From: Nitrospirota bacterium
GTDB lineage: Bacteria; Nitrospirota; JACRHJ01
DNA length: 64,000 bases
NCBI GenBank assembly: GCA_021789495.1
Contig: JAJYJM010000002.1
Coordinates: forward strand, 26,399-90,398
Direction: 5' to 3'
The notes beneath the pieces are model-generated. The model searched no databases. It was given only the letters and a program-made list of their open reading frames with translations, and was not told the origin of the DNA. Made by a program: the position numbers and the translations under genes. Of this stretch, positions 51,344-60,140 are shown piece by piece (positions within the stretch are counted from its first letter, which is position 1; each line of letters opens with the position of its first letter).

Positions 51344-53440
51344 TTGAAGAAGATGGACATTGAAGACCTGTGCGTCAATACGATACGTTTCCTTGCGGTG
51401 GACGCCGTCCAGAACGCCAACTCCGGACATCCGGGCATGCCCATGGGCACGGCGCCGGTCGCGCACGTCCTGTGGACGAAGTTCCTGAAATATAACCCCC
51501 AAAACCCGCTCTGGGCAGACCGCGACCGATTCGTCCTCTCGGCGGGGCACGGTTCGATGCTCCTTTACGCCATGCTCTATTTGACGGGATACGACCTCTC
51601 GCTCGACGACATAAAAAACTTCCGCAAGTGGGGGAGCAGGACGCCCGGCCACCCGGAATACGGGCACACGCCGGGGGTTGAGTGCACGACCGGGCCGCTC
51701 GGCCAGGGGTTCGCAAACGGCGTGGGCATGGCCATCGCCGAGCGATACCTTGCTGCGAGGTTCAACCGTCCGGGGCACGAGATTGTAGACCACCACACCT
51801 TCGCCATCGTGAGCGACGGGGACTTGATGGAAGGCGTCGCCTCAGAGGCGGCGTCCCTTGCCGGACACCTAAAGCTCGGCAAGCTGATTTACATATACGA
51901 CAACAACCACACGACCCTCTCGGCTGACACGAAGCTCTCCTTCACGGAGGACGTTATAAAGCGCTTCGAGGCGTACGGTTGGCACACGCTTGGCGTGGAA
52001 GACGGAAACGACCTGGAGGCCGTATCGAAGGCCGTCGCGGCGGCAAGGGAGGAGACAGGCAGGCCGTCGCTTGTCTCCGTCCGGACGCACCTGGGCTACG
52101 GAAGTCCGAACAAGCAGGACAGCTACCTGGCGCACGGCTCGCCATTGGGCGAGGAAGAGGTGCGCCTGACGAAGGACAACCTGGGATGGCCGCCTGACGA
52201 GGTGTTCTACGTGCCGGACCAGGCCCTGAAGGTCTTCCGCGAGGCCGGGGCAAAGGGCGCGGCGCGCGAGGAGGAGTGGACGGGTCTTTTGCGGGCTTAT
52301 GGTAAAAAATACCCCGAACTCCTTGCGCAGTGGGAGCTTATGACGGGGCCGAAGCTCCCGGAAGATTGGGACAGCGACATACCCGTCTTCCCGCCGGACG
52401 AAAAGGGCATGGCCACGCGCGCCGCGGGCGGGAAGATATTAAACGCCGTGGCGGAGAAGATACCGTCGCTCATCGGCGGCTCAGGAGACCTCGACCCCTC
52501 GACGAAAACGGCCATGGACGGCAGAGGCGATTTCCAGAACCCGGCTGGCGGCGACGAAGGCGTGCAGGGCGCGGTTACCGGGCACTGGGGCTACGGCGGG
52601 GCGAATATCGCATACGGCGTGAGGGAGCACGCGATGGCGGCCATAAGCAACGGCATCTCCCTGCACGGCGGTCTTATACCGTTCGCGGCGACATTCCTGA
52701 TATTCTCGGACTACATGAGACCGGCAATCCGCCTGGCAGCGCTCTCCCGTGTCAAGGTCATTTACGTTTTCACGCACGACTCCGTCGCCCTGGGCGAGGA
52801 CGGCCCGACGCATCAGCCGGTGGAGCAGCTGGCCTCGCTCCGGGCCATGCCCGGGATACGGGTAATCCGCCCGGCGGACGCGAACGAGACCGCCGAGGCC
52901 TGGAAATCCGCGCTCCTGGAAAAGGACGGGCCTGTGGCGCTCGCGCTTACAAGGCAGAAGGTCCCGGTAATCGACCGGAAAAAATACGCAGCCGCGTCCG
53001 GGCTTCATATGGGGGCGTACATACTTGCCGACGCGCCGAAGGGCCGCCCGGAGCTTATTATCATCGCCACGGGCTCGGAGGTGCACATAGCCCTTGAGGC
53101 ATACAAGAGGCTGGCGAAGGAAGGGGTTTCGGCAAGGGTGGTGAGCATGCCCTGCCGGGAGACGTTCGAGAAGCAGCCCCGCGAATACAAAGACAAGGTG
53201 CTTCCGCCCGGCACAGCGGCGAGGATAACCGTGGAGGCCGGCTCGACGTTCGGCTGGGAGAAGTACGCCGGGCCTGCAGGCATAACAATCGGCATGGAGC
53301 GTTTCGGGGCCTCCGCGCCGGGCGGCGTAAATATGGAGAAGTTCGGTTTCACCGCGGATAATATCGTCGAGAAGGCCAGGAGGCTTCTGGAGCGCAAAGG
53401 CAGCGAACACAGGAAGAGGGCGGCGGCGAAACAATCATAA
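51344..53440 (+). CDS. tkt: Transketolase
   Basis: [37 protein letters not shown] and FGASAP. Confidence 0.97.
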   Translation: MKKMDIEDLCVNTIRFLAVDAVQNANSGHPGMPMGTAPVAHVLWTKFLKYNPQNPLWADRDRFVLSAGHGSMLLYAMLYLTGYDLSLDDIKNFRKWGSRTPGHPEYGHTPGVECTTGPLGQGFANGVGMAIAERYLAARFNRPGHEIVDHHTFAIVSDGDLMEGVASEAASLAGHLKLGKLIYIYDNNHTTLSADTKLSFTEDVIKRFEAYGWHTLGVEDGNDLEAVSKAVAAAREETGRPSLVSVRTHLGYGSPNKQDSYLAHGSPLGEEEVRLTKDNLGWPPDEVFYVPDQALKVFREAGAKGAAREEEWTGLLRAYGKKYPELLAQWELMTGPKLPEDWDSDIPVFPPDEKGMATRAAGGKILNAVAEKIPSLIGGSGDLDPSTKTAMDGRGDFQNPAGGDEGVQGAVTGHWGYGGANIAYGVREHAMAAISNGISLHGGLIPFAATFLIFSDYMRPAIRLAALSRVKVIYVFTHDSVALGEDGPTHQPVEQLASLRAMPGIRVIRPADANETAEAWKSALLEKDGPVALALTRQKVPVIDRKKYAAASGLHMGAYILADAPKGRPELIIIATGSEVHIALEAYKRLAKEGVSARVVSMPCRETFEKQPREYKDKVLPPGTAARITVEAGSTFGWEKYAGPAGITIGMERFGASAPGGVNMEKFGFTADNIVEKARRLLERKGSEHRKRAAAKQS

Positions 53441-53454
53441 ACAAGGAGACCGAC

Positions 53455-54600
53455 ATGGCAGGCAACCCTTTAATTCAACTGAACCAGGCAGGACAAAGCG
53501 TCTGGCTGGACTTCTTAAGCCGCGACATCATCCGCTCCGGCAGGCTCGGCGCGCTCCTGCGGGAGGACAACGTCTCCGGCGTTACGTCCAACCCGACAAT
53601 TTTCCAGGGAGCAATCGAGGGAAGCGACATTTACGACGCGCAGATAAGGGAGCTTGCCGGGCGCGGAGGTGCGGAGCCGGAAAAAGTATACGAGGCTATA
53701 ACCACCGAAGACATCCGCGAGGCGGCGGATGTTCTTATGGAGGTCTACGACAGAAGCGGCGGACAGGACGGATACGTCAGCGTCGAGGTGTCGCCGGACC
53801 TTGCGCGGGACGCCGGCGCTTCAATAAACGAGGCGAAGCGGCTCGTCTCGGAGATAGGCAGGAAGAATATATCCGTGAAGATACCGGGAGTCCCGGAAGG
53901 AGTCCGGGCCGTAGAGGAACTGACGGCGGAAGGCATAAACGTAAACGTGACGCTTCTTTTCTCCGTCCAGAGGTACGAGGCCGCGGCCCTGGCCTATCTG
54001 AAGGGCATCGAGCGAAGGATAAGCGCGGGGCTTCCCGTCTCCGACATACACTCCGTGGCGAGCTTCTTCGTCAGCCGGGTGGACACGCTTTTCGACGCGA
54101 TGTTCAACGAGAAGCTCCCTGCGGCGGGCACGGAGAACGAGGAGCGGCGGGTAAAAAATCTCTACGGGAAGGCGGGCGTGGCGAACTGCAAGCTCGCATA
54201 CCAGAAATACAAGGAGATATTCCTGGGCACCGGTTTCAGGCTTATACGCGAGAAGGGCGCGAACGCGCAGAGGCTCCTCTGGGCCTCGACAGGGACGAAA
54301 AACCCGAAGTACAGCGACATCAAATACGTGGAGGAGTTGATTGCTCCCGATACCGTAAACACCATGCCGCTTGAGACGCTGACGAAGTTCAAGGACCACG
54401 GCAAGGTACGCGTAACGATAGAACAGGACATCCAGGACGCGCGGGACGTGTTCGAGAAGATATCGTCCATAGGCATAAACCTCGAGCAGGCGACGGGGCG
54501 GCTCGAAGAAGAAGGGATAAAAAAATTCGGCGATTCATACAATGACGTCCTCGGCGCGATTGCAAGGAAGCTGGAAGGGATAACGAAGAGGGCGGCGTAA
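53455..54600 (+). CDS. tal: Transaldolase (type II)
   Basis: QSVWLD, GVTSNPTIF, VKIP, NVTLLFS, ASFFVSRVD and QRLLWAST. Confidence 0.95.
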   Translation: MAGNPLIQLNQAGQSVWLDFLSRDIIRSGRLGALLREDNVSGVTSNPTIFQGAIEGSDIYDAQIRELAGRGGAEPEKVYEAITTEDIREAADVLMEVYDRSGGQDGYVSVEVSPDLARDAGASINEAKRLVSEIGRKNISVKIPGVPEGVRAVEELTAEGINVNVTLLFSVQRYEAAALAYLKGIERRISAGLPVSDIHSVASFFVSRVDTLFDAMFNEKLPAAGTENEERRVKNLYGKAGVANCKLAYQKYKEIFLGTGFRLIREKGANAQRLLWASTGTKNPKYSDIKYVEELIAPDTVNTMPLETLTKFKDHGKVRVTIEQDIQDARDVFEKISSIGINLEQATGRLEEEGIKKFGDSYNDVLGAIARKLEGITKRAA

Positions 54601-54612
54601 AAGGAGGCGATA

Positions 54613-55518
54613 GTGCAGTTCGGCATGATAGGACTTGGGAAGATGGGCGGCAACATGGTCAGAAGGCTTCTGAAGGGCGGGCACGCCGCGGTGGTATTCG
54701 ACCGCTCGCCTTCCAATGTGGCGGCCCTTGCCGGAGAAGGGGCGGAGACATGTTCTTCTCTGGAGGAACTCGTCCGGAAGCTCTCTCCGCCGCGCGCGGT
54801 ATGGCTGATGCTCCCCGCCGGGGAGCCGGTCGAGGACACGATTAACTCGCTTAAGGGAATCCTCTCGAAGGGCGACGTAATCGTGGACGGCGGGAACAGT
54901 TTCTACAAGGATTCAATCCGTCGGGAGAATTCTCTAAGGCTGCTCGGCATCGGCTTCATCGATGCCGGGGTATCCAGCGGCATCTGGGGCCTGGAGAAGG
55001 GATACTGCCTGATGATCGGCGGGGAAGGGGAACTCTTTGACCGGCTCACTCCGCTTTTTCAAACGCTTGCGCCGAATGACGCCGGGTTCATGCACTGCGG
55101 CCCGGCGGGCGCGGGGCATTTCATAAAGATGACGCATAACGGGATTGAATACGCGCTTATGTCCGCCTACGGAGAGGGTTTCGAGATTGTGAAGAAATCC
55201 CCTTACGGCAATATCGATTTTGAAGGGCTTGCGAGACTCTGGAACAACGGCAGCATAATACAGTCCTGGCTCCTGGAGTTCGTGGAGGCCGCGTTCAGGA
55301 AGCATGGAGACCTCTCCGGCATCGAGGCGTGGGTGGAGGACTCCGGCGAGGGCAGATGGACGGTGCGTGAGGCTGTGGACTTCGCCGTCCATGCGCCGCT
55401 CATCTCCGGCGCGCTTTTCCAGAGGTTCCGTTCAAGGGACAGGGAGTGTTTTTCGGAGAGGCTCCTTGCCGCCATGCGCGACGAGTTCGGCGGCCACGGT
55501 TTTAAAAAGAGCGAATAA
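54613..55518 (+). CDS. gnd: 6-phosphogluconate dehydrogenase (decarboxylating, short type)
   Basis: IGLGKMG, DGGNS, GHFIKMTHNGIEY, DSGEGRW and MRDEFGGH. Confidence 0.94.
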   Translation: MQFGMIGLGKMGGNMVRRLLKGGHAAVVFDRSPSNVAALAGEGAETCSSLEELVRKLSPPRAVWLMLPAGEPVEDTINSLKGILSKGDVIVDGGNSFYKDSIRRENSLRLLGIGFIDAGVSSGIWGLEKGYCLMIGGEGELFDRLTPLFQTLAPNDAGFMHCGPAGAGHFIKMTHNGIEYALMSAYGEGFEIVKKSPYGNIDFEGLARLWNNGSIIQSWLLEFVEAAFRKHGDLSGIEAWVEDSGEGRWTVREAVDFAVHAPLISGALFQRFRSRDRECFSERLLAAMRDEFGGHGFKKSE

Positions 55519-55522
55519 GAAA

Positions 55523-55969
55523 ATGAAAATCGGTCTTGCGGCTGACCACGGCGGACGAGAACTGAAGGGCCGTCTCAAGGCGTATCTCGAAGAGTCCGGG
55601 CACGACGTGAAGGACTTCGGGGCATATGAAACCTATCCGGACGACGACTATCCGGACTATGTCGTCCCGATGGCCCGAGCCGTGGCGTCCGGCGAGCGCG
55701 AGCGCGGGATAGCTGTGTGCGCAAGCGGAGTCGGCGCGTCGATCGCGGCAAATAAAGTCCCCGGAGCGCGGGCGGCGCTTATAGTCGATGCGTTCTCCGC
55801 AAGGCAGGGAGTGGAGGACGACGACATGAACATAATCTGCCTGGGCGGAAGCGTTGTCGGCTACAGCCTTGCCAGGGACCTCGTCGATATTTTCCTTAAG
55901 GCGCGCTTCAAGGCCGAAGAGCGCTTCGTCCGCAGGCTTTCCAAGATAGCGCGGCTGGAGGAGCGATGA
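55523..55969 (+). CDS. rpiB: Ribose-5-phosphate isomerase B
   Basis: ADHGG, DYPD, CASGVG..IAANK and N.ICLG. Confidence 0.92.
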   Translation: MKIGLAADHGGRELKGRLKAYLEESGHDVKDFGAYETYPDDDYPDYVVPMARAVASGERERGIAVCASGVGASIAANKVPGARAALIVDAFSARQGVEDDDMNIICLGGSVVGYSLARDLVDIFLKARFKAEERFVRRLSKIARLEER

Positions 55970-57543
55970 ACAAAGAGGCCCCGCCATCCCCGAACCCGGT
56001 CGACCGGCCCGCAGACTTGCGCGCGGAGTGCATCACGGCGCCGAGGCCGGACTTCTGCGGGATAGAGAGGCCCGGGCCCTGCGGAGTAGTCATCTTCGGC
56101 GCGTGCGGAGACCTCTCGAAGAGAAAACTTGTCCCGTCGCTCTACCACTGCTTCGCCGCGGGGCACCTCCCCGACGGGTTATTTATTTTCGGCTCCGACC
56201 GCATGGAGACCGGCGACGCCGGGTACCGCAGTCTTATGGAAGGAGCCGTAAGGGCCGCGTTTCCCGAAACCTTTTCTCCGGATTTGTGGCTGAAGTTCTC
56301 CGAAAAACTCTTCTATGAAAACGCGGATTTCAATTCTCCGGATTTTTTCGTTTCCCTCCCGGCGCGCCTGAAACCGCTCGAAGAAAAATTCGGGACGCGC
56401 TCAAACCGGATATTCTACATGGCCCTGCCTCCGGCGGTCTACGAGACCGTGATACGGCGCCTCGGCGGCGCGGGCCTCGCCTCGGAGGAGCGCGGCTATT
56501 CGCGCATCGTCGTGGAAAAGCCCTTCGGCTACGACACGGAGTCATCAAGGCATTTAAACGGCGTTATAGGCGCGTCGTTCTCCGAGTCCCAGACCTTTCG
56601 CATGGACCACTACCTCGCCAAGGAAAACGTCCAGAACATACTCATGTTCCGGTTTGCGAACTCCATCTTCGAGCCGCTCTGGAACAGGAGATACATAGAC
56701 CACGTCGAGATTACAATCTCCGAGACGCTGGGCGTGGAGCACAGGGCGGGGTATTACGAAAGCGCCGGGGTGCTCCGCGACATGTTCCAAAACCACATGC
56801 TCCAGCTCCTGTCCCTCACGGCGATGGAGCCTCCCGCGGCATTCGTGTCCGAGCGCGTGCGGGAGGAGAAGGTGAAGGTGCTGAGGTCGATAAGGCCGGC
56901 GCCTCTCGACAGATTGAGCGAGCACGTAGTCCTGGGCCAGTATGGAGGGGGCAGTATAAACGGAGAGGATGTCGTATCCTATAAAGACGAGCCGGGCGTG
57001 GATAAAAACTCGACCACGCCGACATATGCGGCTATGAAGCTTTTCATAGACAACTGGCGCTGGAGCGGCGTGCCGTTCTACATACGCTCCGGCAAGAGGC
57101 TCGGGGCGGCGAAGGCGGAGATTGCGATAAGGTTCCGTGCCGTGCCTCACCTGATGTTCTCCAACTTTTTACCTAACAATATAGACCCGAACCTGCTCGT
57201 CCTGAGGGTGCAGCCGGACGAGGGGATAAGCCTTCAGTTCCAGACGAAGATGCCGGACTCCCGCGCGTGTCTGCGGCCCGTCCTGATGGACTTCAGATAC
57301 GAGAAGATATTCCTACTCGACGCGTATGAGCGGGTTCTGCTCGACTGCATGACGGGCGACCAGATGCTCTTCGTGAGCGGCGAAATCGAGGAGCTGACCT
57401 GGGGACTCCTCTCGCCGGTCATAGAGAGGCTGGAATGCATGAAGGACAGCTTCAGGTTCCCGAACTACCCGGCGGGTTCAAACGGGCCCGCGGAGGCGGA
57501 TGACCTGATGCTCAGAGACGGGCGTCAGTGGCGGGCACTGTAG
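55966..57543 (+). CDS. zwf: Glucose-6-phosphate 1-dehydrogenase
   Basis: IFGACGDL, VEKPFG, RMDHYLAKE, RDMFQNH and WSGVPFYIRSGK. Confidence 0.96.
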   Translation: MNKEAPPSPNPVDRPADLRAECITAPRPDFCGIERPGPCGVVIFGACGDLSKRKLVPSLYHCFAAGHLPDGLFIFGSDRMETGDAGYRSLMEGAVRAAFPETFSPDLWLKFSEKLFYENADFNSPDFFVSLPARLKPLEEKFGTRSNRIFYMALPPAVYETVIRRLGGAGLASEERGYSRIVVEKPFGYDTESSRHLNGVIGASFSESQTFRMDHYLAKENVQNILMFRFANSIFEPLWNRRYIDHVEITISETLGVEHRAGYYESAGVLRDMFQNHMLQLLSLTAMEPPAAFVSERVREEKVKVLRSIRPAPLDRLSEHVVLGQYGGGSINGEDVVSYKDEPGVDKNSTTPTYAAMKLFIDNWRWSGVPFYIRSGKRLGAAKAEIAIRFRAVPHLMFSNFLPNNIDPNLLVLRVQPDEGISLQFQTKMPDSRACLRPVLMDFRYEKIFLLDAYERVLLDCMTGDQMLFVSGEIEELTWGLLSPVIERLECMKDSFRFPNYPAGSNGPAEADDLMLRDGRQWRAL

Positions 57544-57707
57544 CGGCGCGCCGATCCTAACGCCCTTATCCCCCGGTATTATTCCGCTCTTTCGGATATC
57601 CGGAGGCCTTCGGTAAAACCCGTGCCGGCATGCGTGCGAGGGCTCGGAAAGCCGCCTGAAATCAAGCTTCGCCGCCCGGTTCCCATCTGACCGCATACGC
57701 CAAAATC

Positions 57708-57797
57708 TGCCTAATAATTAATCATATTGCCAGCCAAGCCGTATTATTATGCAACGAAAAGGCTACAGCAGACTACTCACCGCATAAATTATAAGCA
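57708..57797. promoter_or_regulatory. Two candidate NtrC-type enhancer sites
   Basis: TGCCTAATAATTAATCA (57708-57724) and CGCATAAATTATAAGCA (57781-57797). Both have a TGC-N11-GCA-like form with an AT-rich core and lie upstream of a sigma54 promoter. Confidence 0.5.
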
Positions 57798-57853
57798 AAA
57801 AATACTGTGATTTATCAATATGTTATCACTGAAGCCCGGCTTTTGTAAAAAAA

Positions 57854-57869
57854 TGGCACGGCTTTTGTA
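57854..57869 (+). promoter_or_regulatory. sigma54 (-24/-12) promoter
   Basis: TGGCACGGCTTTTGTA: a canonical -24 element with a GT variant at -12. Confidence 0.65.
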
Positions 57870-57951
57870 AAAACTACCTAACAGGGGGAGCGCCGAAACG
57901 GTTTTGGCGCGGGAGTTATTTTCGAGTTTTCTTTACGGAAAGGAGAAGGTA

Positions 57952-58764
57952 ATGAGGAAAAGATTAGTAATTTTGCTTCTCGGCGGCCTTTTTTCGGTCC
58001 TGGTTTCGGGCACGGCGCTGGCCACGCCTTCCACGCAGATATGGATACCTTCGACGGACATCCAGCCGTACGGGACCTTTCACCTGGACCTTGACACATA
58101 CGTCCGGACCAAGAAGAGCGGCGGTTCTTACGCCCCGATAATGTACGACCTGGGCGTGCTTGCGGGCGTTCTGCCGTTCAAAAAAGTCCAGGCGGAAGTC
58201 GGCATCGATTACATGCGCGTCGGGCCGCAGGCGGACGGCCACGGCGGATCGAGCGAGGCCATAGACGACGCCCCGGTCTATTTCAACGCAAAGGTAGCAA
58301 CTCCGGAGGACGCATTCTTTAAATACCAGCCCGCGGTCGCGGTCGGCATATACAATGCCGGCGTCCGCGGCGGGGATGTCTTCCACAACACGGAGACGGA
58401 CATATCCTATGCCCTCGCTGCGAGGACATTCCCCTACGTCGGCAGGCTCTCCGCAGGGTGGTATGTCGGCAACGGCGGGAACATCTTCATGAAGGACAAC
58501 AGCATCCAGGCAAACGGCATAGGCCGCACGCAGAACAACGGCGTGCTCGCCTCCTGGGACCGCACGATGACGGAAATCTCCGACAATCTGTGGATGGGAG
58601 TGGACTACCAGGGCGGCAATAACGCCTTCGGAGCCCTGAGCTTCGGCGCCTCGTGGAATTTCTCGAAGAATGTCGCCGTCATCCTGGGCTACGACATCTT
58701 CAACAAGAAGGCCACCGGCGGCCAGCCGACCTTCACGACGCAGCTCGACATCAACTTCCCGTAA
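57952..58764 (+). CDS. Putative outer-membrane beta-barrel/porin
   Basis: Signal peptide (…GTALA), amphipathic beta strands rich in aromatics and Gly, and C-terminal QLDINFP. Confidence 0.7.
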   Translation: MRKRLVILLLGGLFSVLVSGTALATPSTQIWIPSTDIQPYGTFHLDLDTYVRTKKSGGSYAPIMYDLGVLAGVLPFKKVQAEVGIDYMRVGPQADGHGGSSEAIDDAPVYFNAKVATPEDAFFKYQPAVAVGIYNAGVRGGDVFHNTETDISYALAARTFPYVGRLSAGWYVGNGGNIFMKDNSIQANGIGRTQNNGVLASWDRTMTEISDNLWMGVDYQGGNNAFGALSFGASWNFSKNVAVILGYDIFNKKATGGQPTFTTQLDINFP

Positions 58765-58777
58765 AGGAACGTAAAAA

Positions 58778-60031
58778 ATGGGCGCGAATACAATCCCGGT
58801 TCTTTTGTGCGCTTCCCTGGTCATGTTCATGCAGGCGGGCTTTGCCCTCTACGGGACAGGCTTCACGCGCGCAAAGAATGCAAGCCATACCATGGCGATG
58901 AGCCTCATGTCGTTTGCCCTGGCGATGCTTGCATACTGGGCGGCTGGATTTGCCGTCCAATCGGGAGATTACCGCATGTGTTTTCTCTCTGCCGCAGATA
59001 ATGCCCCCGGGATTTTTGCCCCGTTCTTCTTCCAGGCGGTATTGATGGGCATTACAGCCGCAATCCCCGCCGGGGCAATGGCCGAGAGATGGAGTTTCAA
59101 ATCATTTTCCATCTATGCGGTCATAATGGGCGCGGCCATTTATCCGCTGTTCGCCAACTGGGCCTGGGGCGGCGGATGGCTCTCCCGGCTCGGCGTCGAT
59201 TTCGGGTTGGGGCACGGCTTCGTGGATTTCGCAGGCTCCTCCGTAATTCACATGACTGGCGGCGTTACGGCGCTTGTCGGGGCGCGGATGCTCGGCCCCC
59301 GGATGGGCAAGTTCGGCAGGAACGGCTCTCCCAGCGCGTTTCCCGGCCACCACATCCCCATGGCAGTCGCGGGCGCGCTGATACTTATCTTCGGATGGCT
59401 TGGGCTGACCCTCGGCTCCACGCTCTCCGGCGGAGATTTCAGGCCGGGCATGGTGGTTGTGAACACCGTCCTGGCAGGCGGTGCGGGCGCGGCGGCGGCA
59501 ATGCTCTACATGTGGCTTCGCTTCGGAAGGCCGGACTTGAGCCTCGTTTTAAACGGCCTTCTCGCGGGGCTTGTCGCCATCAGCGCGCCGTGCGCATATG
59601 TCGGAACGCCTGCCTCCGTGTTCATAGGGGCAATCGCGGGAGCGCTGGCCTGCTGGGGCGTATTTTTCACGGAGCGCAAGCTGAAGGTGGACGACCCTGT
59701 CGGCGCGTTCGCCGTGCATGGGCTTGGCGGCGCGTGGGGGGCGCTTGCGCTCGGGCTTTTCGCAAACGGTGGATTCGGGGCGGGCGTAAACGGCGCCGCC
59801 GGGCCGGTATTGGGCCTTTTTTACGGGGCGCCGGGCCAGCTCCTGGCTCAGGCAATCGGGGTCGCGGCCAGTATTTTATACGCCGGGGCGGCGGCATTTA
59901 TATTGTTCAAGGCGCTCGACCTTGCCGTGGGCAACAGGGTTCCGCCTGAGATGGAGGACGAGGGTCTCGACGCCTCCGAGGTGAGCGTGGCGGCATATCC
60001 GGACTTCAACTTGCGCAAGACGTCGAGGTAG
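58778..60031 (+). CDS. amt: Ammonium transporter family (Amt), divergent
   Basis: MQAGFA, GAMAER, DFAGSSVIH, NGLLAGLVAI, DDPVGAFAVHG and E..GLD. Confidence 0.9.
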   Translation: MGANTIPVLLCASLVMFMQAGFALYGTGFTRAKNASHTMAMSLMSFALAMLAYWAAGFAVQSGDYRMCFLSAADNAPGIFAPFFFQAVLMGITAAIPAGAMAERWSFKSFSIYAVIMGAAIYPLFANWAWGGGWLSRLGVDFGLGHGFVDFAGSSVIHMTGGVTALVGARMLGPRMGKFGRNGSPSAFPGHHIPMAVAGALILIFGWLGLTLGSTLSGGDFRPGMVVVNTVLAGGAGAAAAMLYMWLRFGRPDLSLVLNGLLAGLVAISAPCAYVGTPASVFIGAIAGALACWGVFFTERKLKVDDPVGAFAVHGLGGAWGALALGLFANGGFGAGVNGAAGPVLGLFYGAPGQLLAQAIGVAASILYAGAAAFILFKALDLAVGNRVPPEMEDEGLDASEVSVAAYPDFNLRKTSR

Positions 60032-60067
60032 CCGGTTGGGAAAGTGTAGTGGGTAGTCATCAAAAAG

Positions 60068-60117
60068 CCGTCATTCCCGCGAAAGTCGCTGGGCTCCCGT
60101 TTTCACGGGGGTGACGG
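60068..60117. repeat. REP-like doublet between amt and the APC permease
   Basis: CCGTCATTCCCGCGAAAG...CTCCCGTTTTCACGGGGGTGACGG, the same family as 47329 and 51271. Confidence 0.75.
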
Positions 60118-60140
60118 GATACCAGGAGGAGGTTTTTATC

